From Cenococcum geophilum (taxonomy: Eukaryota): 64,000 nt of DNA. The notes below the pieces were generated by a model. It was given only the letters and a program-made list of their open reading frames with translations. It was not told where the DNA came from and ran no database searches. Shown one piece after another: positions 10,993 through 24,679 of the stretch (position 1 is the first letter of the stretch; each line of letters starts with the position of its first letter). The position numbers and the translations under genes were made by a program. The stretch spans positions 10,478,001 to 10,542,000 of the forward strand of contig CP158635.1 of NCBI GenBank assembly GCA_050273025.1, in the 5' to 3' direction.

Positions 10993-13900
10993 CATGTTAT
11001 ATTATAATAGAGGAGCGTAGATTATTAATAAGGCCAGCTAAGGTATTTATAGGCTTATAGTAGGCGTACTTGCAGGGCTCTACTTCTTAGCAGGCCGTAA
11101 TAAGTTTATTATACAGGAAGTTGTCTGTTTAAAGCTTAGTGTTAAGGCCGTACTATAGGTGCCGGAGGTCTTTAATAAGAATTTGCAGGCACTCTATAGT
11201 CGATTTTTTAATATTCTTATCAATTACGGTCCATAGCTTAGTTGCATTCTATTAGGTAAGGATATTACGCTTATATTCCGGTCCTTTAAAGTAGTTACAG
11301 ATAGCTTTATATAGCTTATTAAAGGGAACACCAAAAGGGTTACTCTTAAGGTTAGTGTAGTAATAGTCGAGTACTAGGCCGCGCAGTATAGTGGAATAGG
11401 CTTAGCTAAATTCCTATTTAGGAATATTAGCCTTCTAACAGAGGTTTGTAAAGATAGTAAGTTTAAAGTTAAAGTTACCGTTTTTACTGCTATACTTGGA
11501 TTTATCGGTATAGAGCTTAGCTAAGTTAGCTAGCTCCTTACCGTAGGTTTTTACTTAGGTGGTTTACGGATCTATAACTTAAATAATAGAAGGGGTTTAG
11601 TCCGTAATTTAATTTTATAGGGGTATTATAGTCCATAATTTAGGTTACGGGGGTATTACGGTCTATAACTTTAGTACTAGGTATACTTTAGTCCGTAAGA
11701 TTAATTCTAAAATCGCTTAGGTTTATAGGACGAATTTAGTTAAGTAGGTTAGGTATAAGGCTAGCGATGCTATTAAGTTTAGGAGAAGTAAAGAGTTTAT
11801 TAGTGGTTTTAACCTAGTCTAGGATTTCCTCTTTAGTCCACTCCGTTTAGTTCTCCTCCTATATTATATTGTATAAGGACTATATAACAGTAACTCGTTT
11901 ATCCTTTTTAACCTATATACCTTAGTAACGTAAAAGGGTTCGTAGGTTACGGATAGTAGTAGGGTTATATGCCTTAAGAATAGCTTCCATAAAGTCCGCA
12001 AAGTCTTCCTTATATTACTCCTATAGGTTATTATTTAAAAGCTTATAGTATCCGTATTTAAGGATTTTAAAATTAATATAGTTGTTAACGCCGTCCGTAA
12101 ACGTAAGGTCGACTCCCTAACTCCACTTCTTTTAACCTTTACTAATTTACTTAGTTATATCTGCCATGTTATGTAGCGTAGTATATCTATATAAGCTATA
12201 GCGGGTAGTAGTAGCTTATAGTAGGTGGAGGAGGTCTTATAACGGTCCGTAAGATTAATTAGCGGGTCCGTACTAGTTTAAGAGGTCTTATAGTAATCCG
12301 TAAAGGCAATTAACGGGTCCATAACGGTTTGTAGACGGGTAGGGGGTTTCCGTAAGGTCCAAAGAGTTTTAAGGTTTAAGGGGGTTAAGAATAAGGGGTT
12401 CCGTAAAGGTCTGTATTCACGTCTATAAACTTTCAGTAAACCGTACTAAGACTTAAATAAGTATATAGAGTTGGTAATAGGTCCGTAATCCCCGACTTCC
12501 GACCTTTTAATAGGTCGTACTAGGAGTCTAAATAGGTGGTTGCTGTCGTATATTGCTCGGTAGGAGGTATTAAGTAATTACTAATCTGTGCGCGCTTACT
12601 AATTAGTGTTTATACTAATTTAATGGCACGAGTAAGTCAGATCCAGGGGCACGAAATACGTATAGTATCGTATGCTCTTTTGGATGATGGTAACTGTCGA
12701 TTCTATTAAGGTAGACTACATGGTCTATATACTGACGCGCCTCCCCCCTAATTAGTTAGCACGTAGGTGGTTGGTGCACGAACGCGTAAATACGCGTTTG
12801 TATACCAGGTGCTGTAATTATACAATCCCCTTCCTTATTACGGACCTAGGTAGCTATAATATAATCTTAAGGCGAAAATAGCTAGCCTATTTAGGCTTAT
12901 AGCTTAATATATAGAGTAGACGGCTTATCTAGCCCAAAACTCTACCCTTAACCCCTTTCTTTATAAAAGAAATTAGCATTATAATAGAAAACCTTATACG
13001 GCCCTAGATTAATACTATTTACTAGGCCGATACTATATATAGGAACTAGGCCTTTAAAAAAGATATATAGCTTAATTCGCAACGGATCCGTATACTACGT
13101 CGCCCCTAGACTACCTATATTACGCCACCCGCATTAAAGACCTAGGAAGTTAGTAGTGACCTAAAAAAGCCCCCTATAGAAAGCTTAGGCCCTATATAGC
13201 TATAAAGGATAGTAAGGGATATTAGACGTTATACTAAACTAATAGATTAAAGGGATAATCTATAGAAGATAGAATAGGAGCTAAGAAAGATTATAAACCC
13301 TAAACTATAAAATACGGTCCGGAAAATAGCTATAAGGAAACTAGCAGACCTCCCACTAGTTAATATCTACTATATTAATGCCGTAGAATTCTATTAGAAC
13401 TTAATTTAGCCTAATACTATTGCCTTTATAATAAGCTTATACAAAATTAATTAAATAATTAAAGAAAAGGGAAGTAAGCTTAATAGATAAAAAAGCAAGC
13501 TTATAGATAAGGAACTAGTAGAATAAAAGCTGCCCTATTAATACTAGAAATTTAAGGATATATTCTTCAAAGTAGTATCTAATATACTTTTACCTTACTA
13601 ACTATATAACTATAAAATTAAAATTAAGCGGGGCAAGGAAAATATCTTTAGCTTTAGCCCCCTTTATAAGCAGTCTATTACTAAATTATAGGCTATAAAA
13701 TAGTATCTTATTAATAACCTAAATAAGGGCTTTATTAAGCCTAGCTAAGCCCCTTTTACTATGCCTATTTTTTATATTAAAAAGCTAAATAGAGGACTCT
13801 ACTTTTATATTAACTACTATAAGCTAAATAATATAACCCGCAAGGACCGCTATCCGCTACCCCTACTTAATAAAACTCTAGCCTAAATAAGTAGAGCTAA

Positions 13901-14344
13901 GGTCTTTATAAAGCTTAATATCCGCTAGGCCTTTTACTAAATTAGAATAAACCCTAAGTCTAAAGATCTTATTATATTTTAAACCTATTACGGAATATAT
14001 AAATATAAAGTACTTCCTTTTAGACTAACTAATAGACTAGCTATATACTAGCAGTATATAAACAATATACTCTTTAACTACCTTAATAACTTCTATACGG
14101 CCTATTTAGATAATATTATAATCTACTTTAAGAACGAGCTAGAATATAAGGAGCACGTCTATAAAGTCCTATAATAGCTCTATAAGGCTAGCCTCTAGGT
14201 TAATATTAAAAAGTTAAAGTTTAGTATTAAGCGTATAAAGTATTTAGGTTTTATTATTAGTATAAATGGAATTAAAACTAACCTAGAGAAGATAGCTATA
14301 ATTAACTAGTAAGCACCCCTATGGACCGTAAAGGGGGTATAATT

Positions 14345-17300
14345 AGTAGTAGATTCTTTGATTAACGTCTGATACGGATCCTATCTAGGCCTACGTAGAC
14401 TACTCCGTATATAAGGGGAAAGTAATATTAATAGGAAAAACCCCTTGCTATTAGGGGGGAGGAAAAACCCTATAAGCCACCTTAGTAGGATAAAAAACCC
14501 CGAATTGCCATGCCTGTACGTAGCAGCGGCCCTATAGGCCTACAGCTACGTCCTCCTCCTTAGATGTTTTGAACTCCTTAGGAACCACTACTTCCTTCTC
14601 TAGCTTATCTAAAGCTAGGGTTTACTACGTCCTAGCTAGGCCTTGCCGTTTAATTGCTGTATACTTGTAGTTGTATCCTATATCTTAACTACCCCCTATA
14701 TGCCATCTCTTATTAACCATTGCTATTACTATATACGCTATGCCTCCCCCCCCCTAAGGCCTATTAAAGGCGTAAGGGGGATTTATCTGTTCTACTATCC
14801 TAATACTAAAAACAAAAGCGGGATGTATGTGTGTATATCTGAGTATCTTTTGTGCCTAGGCCCTAGTTACTAGGCCCTCTCTAAGGGCACTACTCCGTTA
14901 AGAGGAGATAAGGAAAACCGTATGGGGTTATCCGGCTGCTAGTTTTAGTAATATTACGGCAGTACGGCGAGTAACCGCATGCTCCGCGGGCGATTGCCCT
15001 AGGGGTTAAAAGGGGCCGTATATTTACTCGTTTGTTCGTTTATTTATATTTATTTGTTTATTAATATAAGGTCGTCAATGCTTTCTACTAAGGGTCGGGG
15101 GATGTTATCAAATACTATGCATCCATGTTGGATCGTATAGGTGCCCTAGATAGGAGAATAGCGTAGTAGTCGTCGTATATAGAGAGCCAATAGTAGTGTT
15201 CTTTAAGATCTCACTATCCGAAAATTTTTCACTACCGCCCTTAACGCCTATAACCACCACTAGGTCCTATCCGCACGCTATATAACGTCTCTGCATTAGC
15301 TCTAGATCTAATAGGTAGTTATATATTAGCTAGTAGTATAGTAGAGTTTAATATACCTACTTATTTAGGCCTCTACCTCAGTTTTCTAGTGCTTTGGTCC
15401 TAAACTATAAGTAGTTAGCTGCTACTACTAATTGCGGGGAATTTCACTAGTTCTTTGGGATATTTTATAACGGTATTACCCGAGTACTAGTCTACCCCCC
15501 AGTAGTCTGTATAAGAGTTTCCTCCTAAAGTTGGTACACTTTTATACGGCTTAGGAGCCTTCTATAGCCTCTAGTTTTACGCCTTTTTTATTATTTCCGC
15601 TGGCGTGGGTATAAGCTACTATTTCTAGGGGTCGCAACTCCTATCTTCGCGCCTACTAATATAATCCTATAGAGGCGTTGTAGCTGCATCCTATAATATA
15701 GTTAGGTATACCTTCTATAGACAAGGCCGAGCCACTGCCTCTCCCGCCTAAGTAACTCCTATTTGCTCCTTAAGTATATCTTACTAGTAAGCTACTCTAG
15801 AGGCGAACGGTTTTGTCTGTTAATATACTAATACGCATATCCATTCTCTTAAGCTACGTAGTAGTCTCTCCGGCTAGGGTATAATTCTACCTACCTACTA
15901 AGTGCACTAAAGGTTAGAGCCTAGTTGAGGGATAAGGTCCTTAGAGCCAGTAATAGCTACTATATACTACGCCCTATAGGAAGCCAGTAGTAATATAGGG
16001 GCGCAACACCCTATATACTACTAGTTCCCGTTTCGCGTTACCTATAAGAGTCTCCTTATAATAGGCTAACCGTGTTTTATAGGAGGGGGGCTATAGAGAC
16101 TAGGTCCCGTACTAGGCGACCTACTCTCCCCCCTTCTACTAACTAAGCTTGTGTTCCCCCTTTTTATAAGCTGGCCTATATCTCTAACTATTAAGTCCTT
16201 ATCTAACTGGCCTATGTTTCCCCTACAGCCTCCCCTATATATATATATTAGGTTATATGCACCACGCCTATTAAGACCCTCTTATAAGTCGCCTTATATA
16301 TATACGTATTAGGTTACGTACACTACGCCTATTAAGACCCTCCTATAAGTCGCCTATAAGTCGACCGTAAGGCAACTATAAGTTAACTATAAGTCGGACG
16401 CCATAGGGCCGTTAAAGCTGGCCTATATTTCCGCTGCCTAGAACTTTACCCGTATTTCTACCTCGTTAAGCCGTCTAGTCGCCGTTGCGTTACCGTCACG
16501 TCGCCGTTACGTCGCTATCGCTATATTAGGTCGCGCGCACTACGCCTATTAAGACCCTCTTCTAAGTTACTTAGGTGTAACCGGATACCAGATAAGCCCT
16601 CGTAGAGGGGCCTTAATAAGTTCTCTAGGTAGGGCCTTAATAAGTTCTTTATGGTAGCCTTAGGGCCTTAATAAGTTTTGTATAAAGTATCTGCGACGCG
16701 TTAACCTTAACAAGTTCTTATAAAAAGAGAATCCCTACGCCCTTATCGCGTATACTTTACGATCTTAGAGCTAGTGCAAGCCTAAGGGTATCCTATTATA
16801 CGCCTAGGACGCGTCTACGTTGACTAGCTAGATAAGGCTAGTTTCGGGCCTAGCTGCAAGCTAGGTAGTTATATATCGGGCGGTTTTCGTATCCCAGTTT
16901 TCCTTAATAGGCCTCCCTAGATGGTAGAATAGGAGCTCTAAGCGGAGGCAGTAAGGCTCCTAGTGTTATTAAGGGCGATGCTTTGCACGCGTCGCGGGCT
17001 CATTACTATAGAGTCGAGCGATAGCGCTGCACGCGCTGCGACGGCTCTCTACCATCGCCTCTGCACTTGGCCATTAAGAGGAATAGGATTCCAGATGATG
17101 TTTCCACCCATGGCGACGTGGACGCGTGCAGTAGGGCTTCGCGGGCAGGGGGTATAATTATAATAATAATTTATTGCTTAACGTCCGATTTGGATCCCTA
17201 TTGGGCCCACGCGGACTACTTCTTATTTACATATAGGGAGAAAACTCAACTTAAGAAAGACTTAACTTGAGAAAACCCTATGATCTATCTTCCTACCTTT

Positions 17301-17821
17301 TGGAACTCGCCTACAAGGCGCCTACGAGGCGCCTGTAAGTCACCTATAGTGCTCCTACTACCTTACTTTTTGACCTCCTTAGGAACTACTGCTGCCGTAA
17401 CAAGCCTACGGACGCGCTAGTATCGCATACTTTACTCTACTACTATAGAGTTATTAGGGGGCGCCCGTTGCTCGCCCCCCCCCCCCCCCCCCCCCCGCCC
17501 TCTATTGTCATTTCCTTTACAACCCGGAACTGGTTTAGTACATTTTGGCTAATAAGCCACTGGGTAGCCGCCTTAAGGCCTTTTTGTGTCGAGAGCAGTG
17601 TCTTATAGTTCTCTGTGCCAGCTACTAAGAGCATTACTTCTCGGTTAGTGCGTAAGGGGCATAGCAGTATTACGTGTTTTGGTGTCTGTCTTGGCCAGCT
17701 ACATTCGCATCTTGGGCTGCCTACTGGGACACCCACCCAGTAGAGCCAGTCTTTTAGTCCTATTATTCCTGTTCTTAAGAGTGTTGCCATTATATTTTCT
17801 GCCTTCGTTAGGCCTTCTCGG
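14345..17821 (-). mobile_element. 5'-truncated Tad1-like LINE insertion with extra nested sequence
   Basis: 13-bp TSD AGGGGGTATAATT (14332-14344 and 17822-17834); ORF 17443-17790 resembles a LINE ORF2 C-terminus (LRTG..GL..WL, CEC...QT.KHVILLCP); (TAC)n-like tail at 14345. Confidence 0.85.
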
Positions 17822-20131
17822 AGGGGGTATAATTATTTTTAGGTTTTTATAACTTCTACTAACGCTTTATTAAGAACTATAGTAGGATTACCTAGCCTCT
17901 TAACTATCTTACTAGAAAAAACCAGCCCTTTTACTTTAACGCTATATATAGGCAGGCCTTTAATAAGCTTAAGAATCGGCTAGTATTGGCTCCCCTACTT
18001 ACCCATTTTAACCTAAAACGGCCCTTAATACTAAAAACTAATGCCTTAAATAGCGTAATAGCTAGTATTTTTTCCTAAAAGTAACTAGATGGAGAATAGC
18101 ACCCTATTATATACTATTTAAAAACTATAATAAATGCTAAGCTAAACTACTATATCTATAATAAAGAAATGCTAGCTATTATCTTTAACTTTTAGCACTA
18201 GCATATATAGCTAGAGGGGACCCCTAAACCGATTAAGGTAGTTTTAGATTATAAGGCCCTAGAATACTTTATAATAACTAAGGCCCTTATAGCCTAGTAG
18301 GCACGCTAGGTAAATACCCTATCTTAGTTTAACTTCTTAATTATATATAGACTAGGCGCTATAAACCGTGCAGACGCTTTTATAAGGCGTAAGTAAGACT
18401 TAAATAACTAAATAGCTGTAAAGATCTTATTATAGACCTAGACGCTACTATAACTAAAATACCTTAACCCCTAAATATAAGCAGAACTAAGTATAAACTC
18501 CTTAGGCGCTAAAATATATTCTATTAACTCCTCTAAACTTAATCTTATTAATAAACTACTATAGGCTAACTAAATAACCCCCTCTTTATAGGAGTACTGT
18601 AAAAAGGTAAAGAATGTTACTAGCCTATAGTCCCTTAAAAATAGACTACTTAAGTACTAGAAATGGCTAGTAGTAGCTAAAAAACAGAACTTATAGACTC
18701 GGCTTATTGCTAAAGCTTATACCTAGATCTTTACGGTCTACCCTAGAAAAAATAAAACCTATAAAATTATTAGTAACCGCTACTACTAGCCCGGAATAGT
18801 TATAAATATTAACCGTTATATATAGAACTATAACAGCTACTATAGATCTATAATCCTATAAGATAAAACCCTAAGACTAGTAAAACTACTTCTAATACTA
18901 AAACGCCCCTAGTAATATATCTTTATAGACTTTTATAAGCTACCTATAGACCGTAACAGATACGATATAGTTATAATTTTAGTTAACCGCTTTAGCAAGC
19001 GCCCGTTCTTAATCCTATATTATAAAAATATTAATACTAAAGAAGCGGCCTAACTATATATTTACTACGTCTATTAAATCTATAGACTATTAAATACTAT
19101 TATATCCGATCGCGGGCCGCAATTTATATTAGCTTTCTAGAATAAGTTCACCTAAATCTTAGGTATTAAGCTAAAGCTTTCTACCGCATACCACCCCTAA
19201 ATAGATAGTTAGACGGAAATTGTAAATTAATACTTAGATTAAAGACTTTGGCCCTTTATTAACTACTTCTAAAATAACTAGGCTAAACTACTACCCCTAA
19301 TAAACTATACCCAAGCAACCCTACCCTACAACTCTATAGGATTTGCCCCTATTTAACTGGAAATAGGTTACTTACCCTATATAAGCTTTAGCTAGGAAAG
19401 ACTAAAAGGACCCTAGACTATATACGAAAAACTATCTTATAAGGAAGCACGGTAGTACGCTAAGCGCTTAAAAGAAGCCTAGATAGTAGCCCATATAAAT
19501 CTAGAAAAGGCCTAGAAATTAATATAATAATAGGTAAATAAGTATAGGCGAGAGCCTAACTTTGCTGTAGAAGATATGGTCTAGGTTATAATAAAAAACT
19601 AAAAGATAAAATAACCTAGCCGTAAGCTAGACTATTAGATAGCAGGACTATATAAGGTTTTTAAAAAAAATAGGCAATGCGTATAAAGTAAAGCTCCTAA
19701 ATTTAATTAAAGTTTACCTTATTTTCTCTCTGGATAAACTACGGAAAGCTATAAATAACCTATTACCTAGATAAAAGAATAAACCTCCCCTACTAATCTA
19801 AGTTAATGGTAACAATAAATAGGAAATTAAAGAAATACTGGCCTATAAGCTTATAAGGGGAACGTTAAAATATTATATTAGTTAGAAAGGGTACGACTTA
19901 GACCCCACTTAGTACCCTATATAAAACTTTATAGGTAGTCCCTATAAGCTTTAGAAGTTTTATAATTGTTACCCTAATAAACCTAAACCCCTAAAATACC
20001 TTAACAAGTAAATAGAGTACTAGAATAGCGAAGATGATAAGCTGCCTATTAAGCATAAAGATAAGAATACCCTATGGACTTAATACGGACGTATAAAGCC
20101 TAAGGGCAGGCTCCTCCAGAGGGGGGGGTAA

Positions 20132-20388
20132 CGTTACGGCGCTAGTGGAAACTGGTGGGTTATGGCTGGTGAATATCGGTGGATTATGGCGGACAGTCGC
20201 AGACAGTTTCACACAGTTCCAGACAGTTGCCGTCACGTGACCAGAGGATTGTATATAACGTCGAGCGGCGCCGCCCTCCGTCTCCTTTCCTTTCTCTAGC
20301 TTTAGATCCTCGTTTATAGACTACCAATCGTACAGGCTTGCGCGTCCCTCTTGCCGTGCTCGTGCCTCGATTGACTGAGTCGCTAACA
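20132..20388 (+). repeat. 3' LTR of the second Gypsy
   Basis: Follows the PPT; (C)GTTACGGCG...CTAACA; termini resemble the reverse complement of the solo LTR at 59480. Confidence 0.8.
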
Positions 20389-21864
20389 GTGACACCAAAT
20401 ATACTACTTGCCGTTCCTTCCTTAACGCATCAGTTCCATTTGGGTTAATTAAGGATATTATCTAAGGCAGGTATACGGATAGGGAAGAATCGTTCTATAT
20501 TAGTTAGCGAGGAACAACACTAAAAGGGTAAATGGTAATACTAAGGGGAGGGTAAAAAAGGCGACGGTATGGACAATAGCGGCGGTAAGGGCTAAGGTAT
20601 AACTAAAAGTTCTAGATTTGGTGACTGATACTAGCTATTAAGAACGCTAAGCCATTGTGGAAACCCCCGATTGGCTAATCTTACGTACTAACGATATAAT
20701 GTCCCTTCCTCCCTCCCGATTGGGTATAGGGTTTGGAGCTCCAAGAGCTCCACTACCTTAGATCCACTCCAGGGCAAGCCCCTGTCCATCCTAGAGCTCC
20801 ATATTGCTCCAGTCCAAAAAGATCACTGTATGTACGCATATTAATTACCGATTACCAGCATATCGTCCTTGAAAACAGATTGCTTCAGTGTTGCAAACAT
20901 CTATGCAGACTGTCTATTTTGGTGCTACAGCCTTGATGGCTTGAGTGCTGATAGAGGCTGTGTACACTCAATGACTAATTTCGTTCATGAATTGGATGCC
21001 TGACATGCTATTTTCATACACGAGTAGACCGGATGAGAAGCCACCCTTAGATCACCTCCACGCCACGTATCCCCCAGTCGGCCATATCTCCCTGTTGTGT
21101 CTCACCTACTTTAGCAATGGACCTAAATTCTTTGTGGCACATGGAGCTCTTCTGTGATATTCAGTATGGGATAGGATGGACGTCTATATTGAACTGGCGG
21201 CGAAGCTGCATTGCTACGGAAGATGACTAGCTATATACGCAAGTAGTGTGCAACACCCTCTAGGGCAATTCACCGCTTATACGGAGACCCCCCACGAAGA
21301 GAGTACTCGGCCAATAGAGCTCCGAGGTGAATAGCCAAGCTGCCTTATTCGTTGACAGTCTTTCCGAAGGCAAAAAATGAAAAGGTAAACAGATATTCAC
21401 TGTGTGGCTAGGAGGCCCAAAAGAATAATGTGATAAATAGTTTTGTCACTTCTACATTATAATGCTATGCTCGTCTGTGGAGCTTTAAGGTGAAGGGAAG
21501 ACAAAAACATCTAACACGCCGCGCCACCGTCGCTATGCAAATGCTGAGAATAGCCCATGGGTATTGTAACTGGAGTAAAGGAGATTAATGGTGAGATAAA
21601 GTAGTAAATAAGTAAACCAACGCCTCTTAAATCCTGGGGAATATGCCCTTGTATTATCGGACATTCACTGTTACTGGCCCCTATCAACACGTCAGCTTTC
21701 CGTACACACGTCAGCCCCTTAGGTATATATACCTTAGGAAGCACTCGGTTCCAGAGACTCAACACTCAATTCACTGCCCTCTACTTGCGACATCTTGTTT
21801 GTAGTTTAACATACTTTTTGCCTCTTTCACCGACGGAAGGTTTTTCTTCGAAGGTAGAGTCATG

Positions 21865-23846
21865 TCAGCCCAGGCACAAGAGGCGATTGGTGAGTAGGAT
21901 GTTGATGCTGTTTTTGGGCTTCAGCATCTCGTCCCACCAGCCATTATGGCGGTGCGACTGCGCGTCTTGGCTTGCAAGCCAAATGCGCAGGCTGGAGATG
22001 CGTTGAAGAACTGCAGGGAGGGTCTAGAGAGGAGAAGAGTCAGCTTTTGAGCTTGTAATTCTGACTTCTACTAACAGATTTGTCTCTTTCTCTGATGGAC
22101 ACAACACGCTGGTATAGAATGTCGCGTTTATCGACGTTTGCCGTCACTGCGGCCACAAAAAAAGGCCAGATAGGGTAGATTGCGGTGTAGAGAGAGCCCT
22201 TGACGGGGAGGGAGACAATCAGAGACGTGAGAGCGTTGGATAGCTCTACAATAGCGGGGTGGAAGCGTGTAAATCTAACCTATTCCGTTAGATATTTGCT
22301 GACCTCTTTTCAACATGCAGTAAATCACGTTGTCCACTTACCCGTATAACCGGCACCTGAGGTATATCAGCGTGGCAAGCCGGTAAGTTTCTGCAGTGGC
22401 GAGGACAATTTCTAGTGTTTCTCCTGACACTTCCGTCGACCACTGTCGTAGGCTCTGTAATTGCGACTCGTGAAGTTGCGCATACATATGTCTGTGTGCT
22501 CCGATAGAGCTTTTATTGTCGGAAGCAAGTGAAGTGATGCATGATATCAAGAAGAGAAGTTGTGGCGAGACCCCAAGGACTCCACAGATGCGCTGCGACT
22601 CACTCTGCGGCATACTGTCATACCAGTCTGTGGTATCTAGCAAGCGTAGCTGGGTATTCTGTAATTTGGAGGCCGTTTGCGCGGTTCTTGCGAGAACCAG
22701 TTGGTATCTAATAAACAGCGCCGGATCGGAATGATGGTCAAAGTACCCTGCTGGTATTGTATCAAAGATATTGGCGTGGCATGACCAACATAGGCTTGAT
22801 TCGTCTGTGTTGTTGACCGCATCATGGTGCATCAAAAGCATGCTTGTGGCCAGGCCAGCGTCAAAAGCTTCCCCATTGCTAATCTGACATGCCAGCGCCT
22901 GGAGTGCTTGAGCCATGTAGTATAGATCGGCTTGTTGGTATCTTTCTTTTTCCAAATGCAAATAATCTCCGATGTACGAGGCGCTCAAACTAAGGAGCGC
23001 AAATCGGGTACTTTGGCATACGTCTGCAACTCTTAGGAGGGATAGGTACGTATTCGAATTTTTCACTAGCGTCCGTCCTGGGCAGATCCCATTGATATCT
23101 GCGGAAACTCAGCTGGGGCAAGATGAAGTGTGGCGTAGCCACTTACAAAACTCAATGAGCAAATGTTCCATATCGGTCTTCCATAGGTTCCCTGAGCAGC
23201 TTGGCAAGTATTTAATCAAACCATTGTCAGACTCCGAGTGATCTACGGCACTGTTGACTGGCTCTCCCGAAGGCATCGATGGGATTGGAGTAAATGGACT
23301 TCTCGATGAGCTTCTAATGGCCTCCATATCTACTTGTGGCGATTCCTCTACAAACATTAGTGCCCATATTCGCAATACGGGTGATTAACTTAATGGCCAA
23401 CCTTTAATACCTGTTCCATCAGAAAGTTCACATAAGAACTCTTGGCAGGCGTCCGACTTCGATTTTTGTATGTGCCTGATGCGCTGCACAATGACTGTCA
23501 CAGCCCGCGAATCCCGGATCAAGGAGAGGTAAGGCGGTTTTTGTCGTAGCACACTCTTGAACTTCTCAAATTGCTTCCCATTAAGCTCGCCTAATCTCCA
23601 GTATAACTGTCCGAGGACTTCGAGGAGGATAACGCCCGGCCCTTCAGTGATCATCCATTGCCGCATCACCAATAAATTGCGACGGCTGTTCCTCTGATTT
23701 GCTTCGGTAGGCAAATCAACAACTCTAGCCAACAAGCGGTCAATATGCGTGCAGTCTAAACAATCGTAATCTGGTGACATGGAAAGATGCTGTAAAGCGT
23801 CGTTTGCGGCTTCCAATGCCTTGATGAGCCTTCGGTCCGTATCCAT
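21865..23846 (-). CDS. Fungal-specific transcription factor domain protein (Fungal_trans_2-like), 5 exons, no Zn2Cys6 cluster seen
   Basis: GT-AG introns 23348-23410, 23099-23146, 22275-22341 and 22024-22075 join the ORFs in frame; motifs ALLSLSASY, AETYRLATLIYL, YPIWPFFVAA; ends LLCLG*. Confidence 0.8.
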
Positions 23847-24360
23847 GGTGGTGGGCTCAAAACGATAGGGAAGCTGTTTTTATCCGGCTCCCTGAAGGGT
23901 TTGTTCTGGAAATAATTCAAATGCGGGAGATCGCTGTGGCACGGATCGGCTTCCGCGGTCTGTATGTTGCGCCTTTTTCTAAAGCCTGGAGAAGGCAGGT
24001 CTATCCCTGCAACAGACAAAATAGCAATCAGGCATTCCACAAGGTGAATGAAATTAAGAGTTTCTTGGTATCAGGCTCGGTAAATGAGTTTGAGATGCAA
24101 GGGACTTATATGTATGTCCTATTTGGCTTCGCCAAAAGGACCGGTTCTTTTGGGCTAATTGGGAAATCAATAACTCTACACCTCATTCGCCGGAATAGAA
24201 ATAGCTTATTCTGACACGAGGGCAATTTACTTATAAACTGCCAAGGCCCCGAGCGGAATGCCAAAACTTGGGAAAAAGATGCACTCCAAACAAATCGTCC
24301 CAACACCCCCAACGAGTCGATAACGCATCGCAGCTGAACATACGCGAAGAAGTGTGTTTA

Positions 24361-24679
24361 TCTCTTGACCCGTTAATTCGCGTCCAGCAGTTATCGATAA
24401 GAACTAGCCAATCAATCGAGCAGAATTTAACGCCTGTGCTGAGGAATATAAAGCCTTTGATTTTATAGTAGTTTGATATACACGCCTAATTTTGGGAGTT
24501 AAGTCGCTCAATATGAGTGCCTAATAGTAGGCTAAACAAGATCTATATCGATTCTGACACGATTAGAAGGCATTATGATAGGTAATTAATTAATGGAATC
24601 TATATAGGTGCATGCGCTGTTTTGAAACTGGTGTTCGCACACGGATCTCTCCTCGTTGGACCCTGGTCGGGTCAAGGGA
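24361..24679. mobile_element. MITE family A (Tc1/mariner-type)
   Basis: TIR TCTCTTGACCCG/CGGGTCAAGGGA, TA on both sides; related to 55400-55529. Confidence 0.75.

Larger units (their letters stand above)
1..12824 (-). mobile_element. RIP-degraded Copia-like LTR retrotransposon (gag to integrase), interrupted at 1474-9155 and ~9281-10992; 3' part runs off the window
   Basis: Minus-strand translation: TEIYRLYCRFGY (~520-560, RIP form of ELRRLHRRFGH), LTKYCSFC*KYGRSLG*FKFTL (~385-450), ACKYAYYKPINTLAGLINNLRSSI (~11000-11075). Putative 5' LTR ~12607-12824 ending TACA; its boundaries are uncertain. Confidence 0.8.
12825..20388 (+). mobile_element. RIP-degraded Ty3/Gypsy chromovirus (pol plus 3' LTR; 5' part not in this segment), split by a LINE
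   Basis: IPFLITDLGS..IIL.RK*LA (protease end) at 12825; RT AYLDNIIIY ~14100; TVKGV|(Q)..FLGF.NFY resumes at ~17823; RNase H and integrase; chromodomain *EIKEIL...*KGYD.DPT*YP ~19820-19920; PPT GAGGGGGGGG 20119-20128. Confidence 0.92.

Noticed and set aside
17476..17496. Poly-C tract giving poly-Gly in LINE ORF2
   Set aside because: Homopolymer expansion or sequencing uncertainty; no function supportable.
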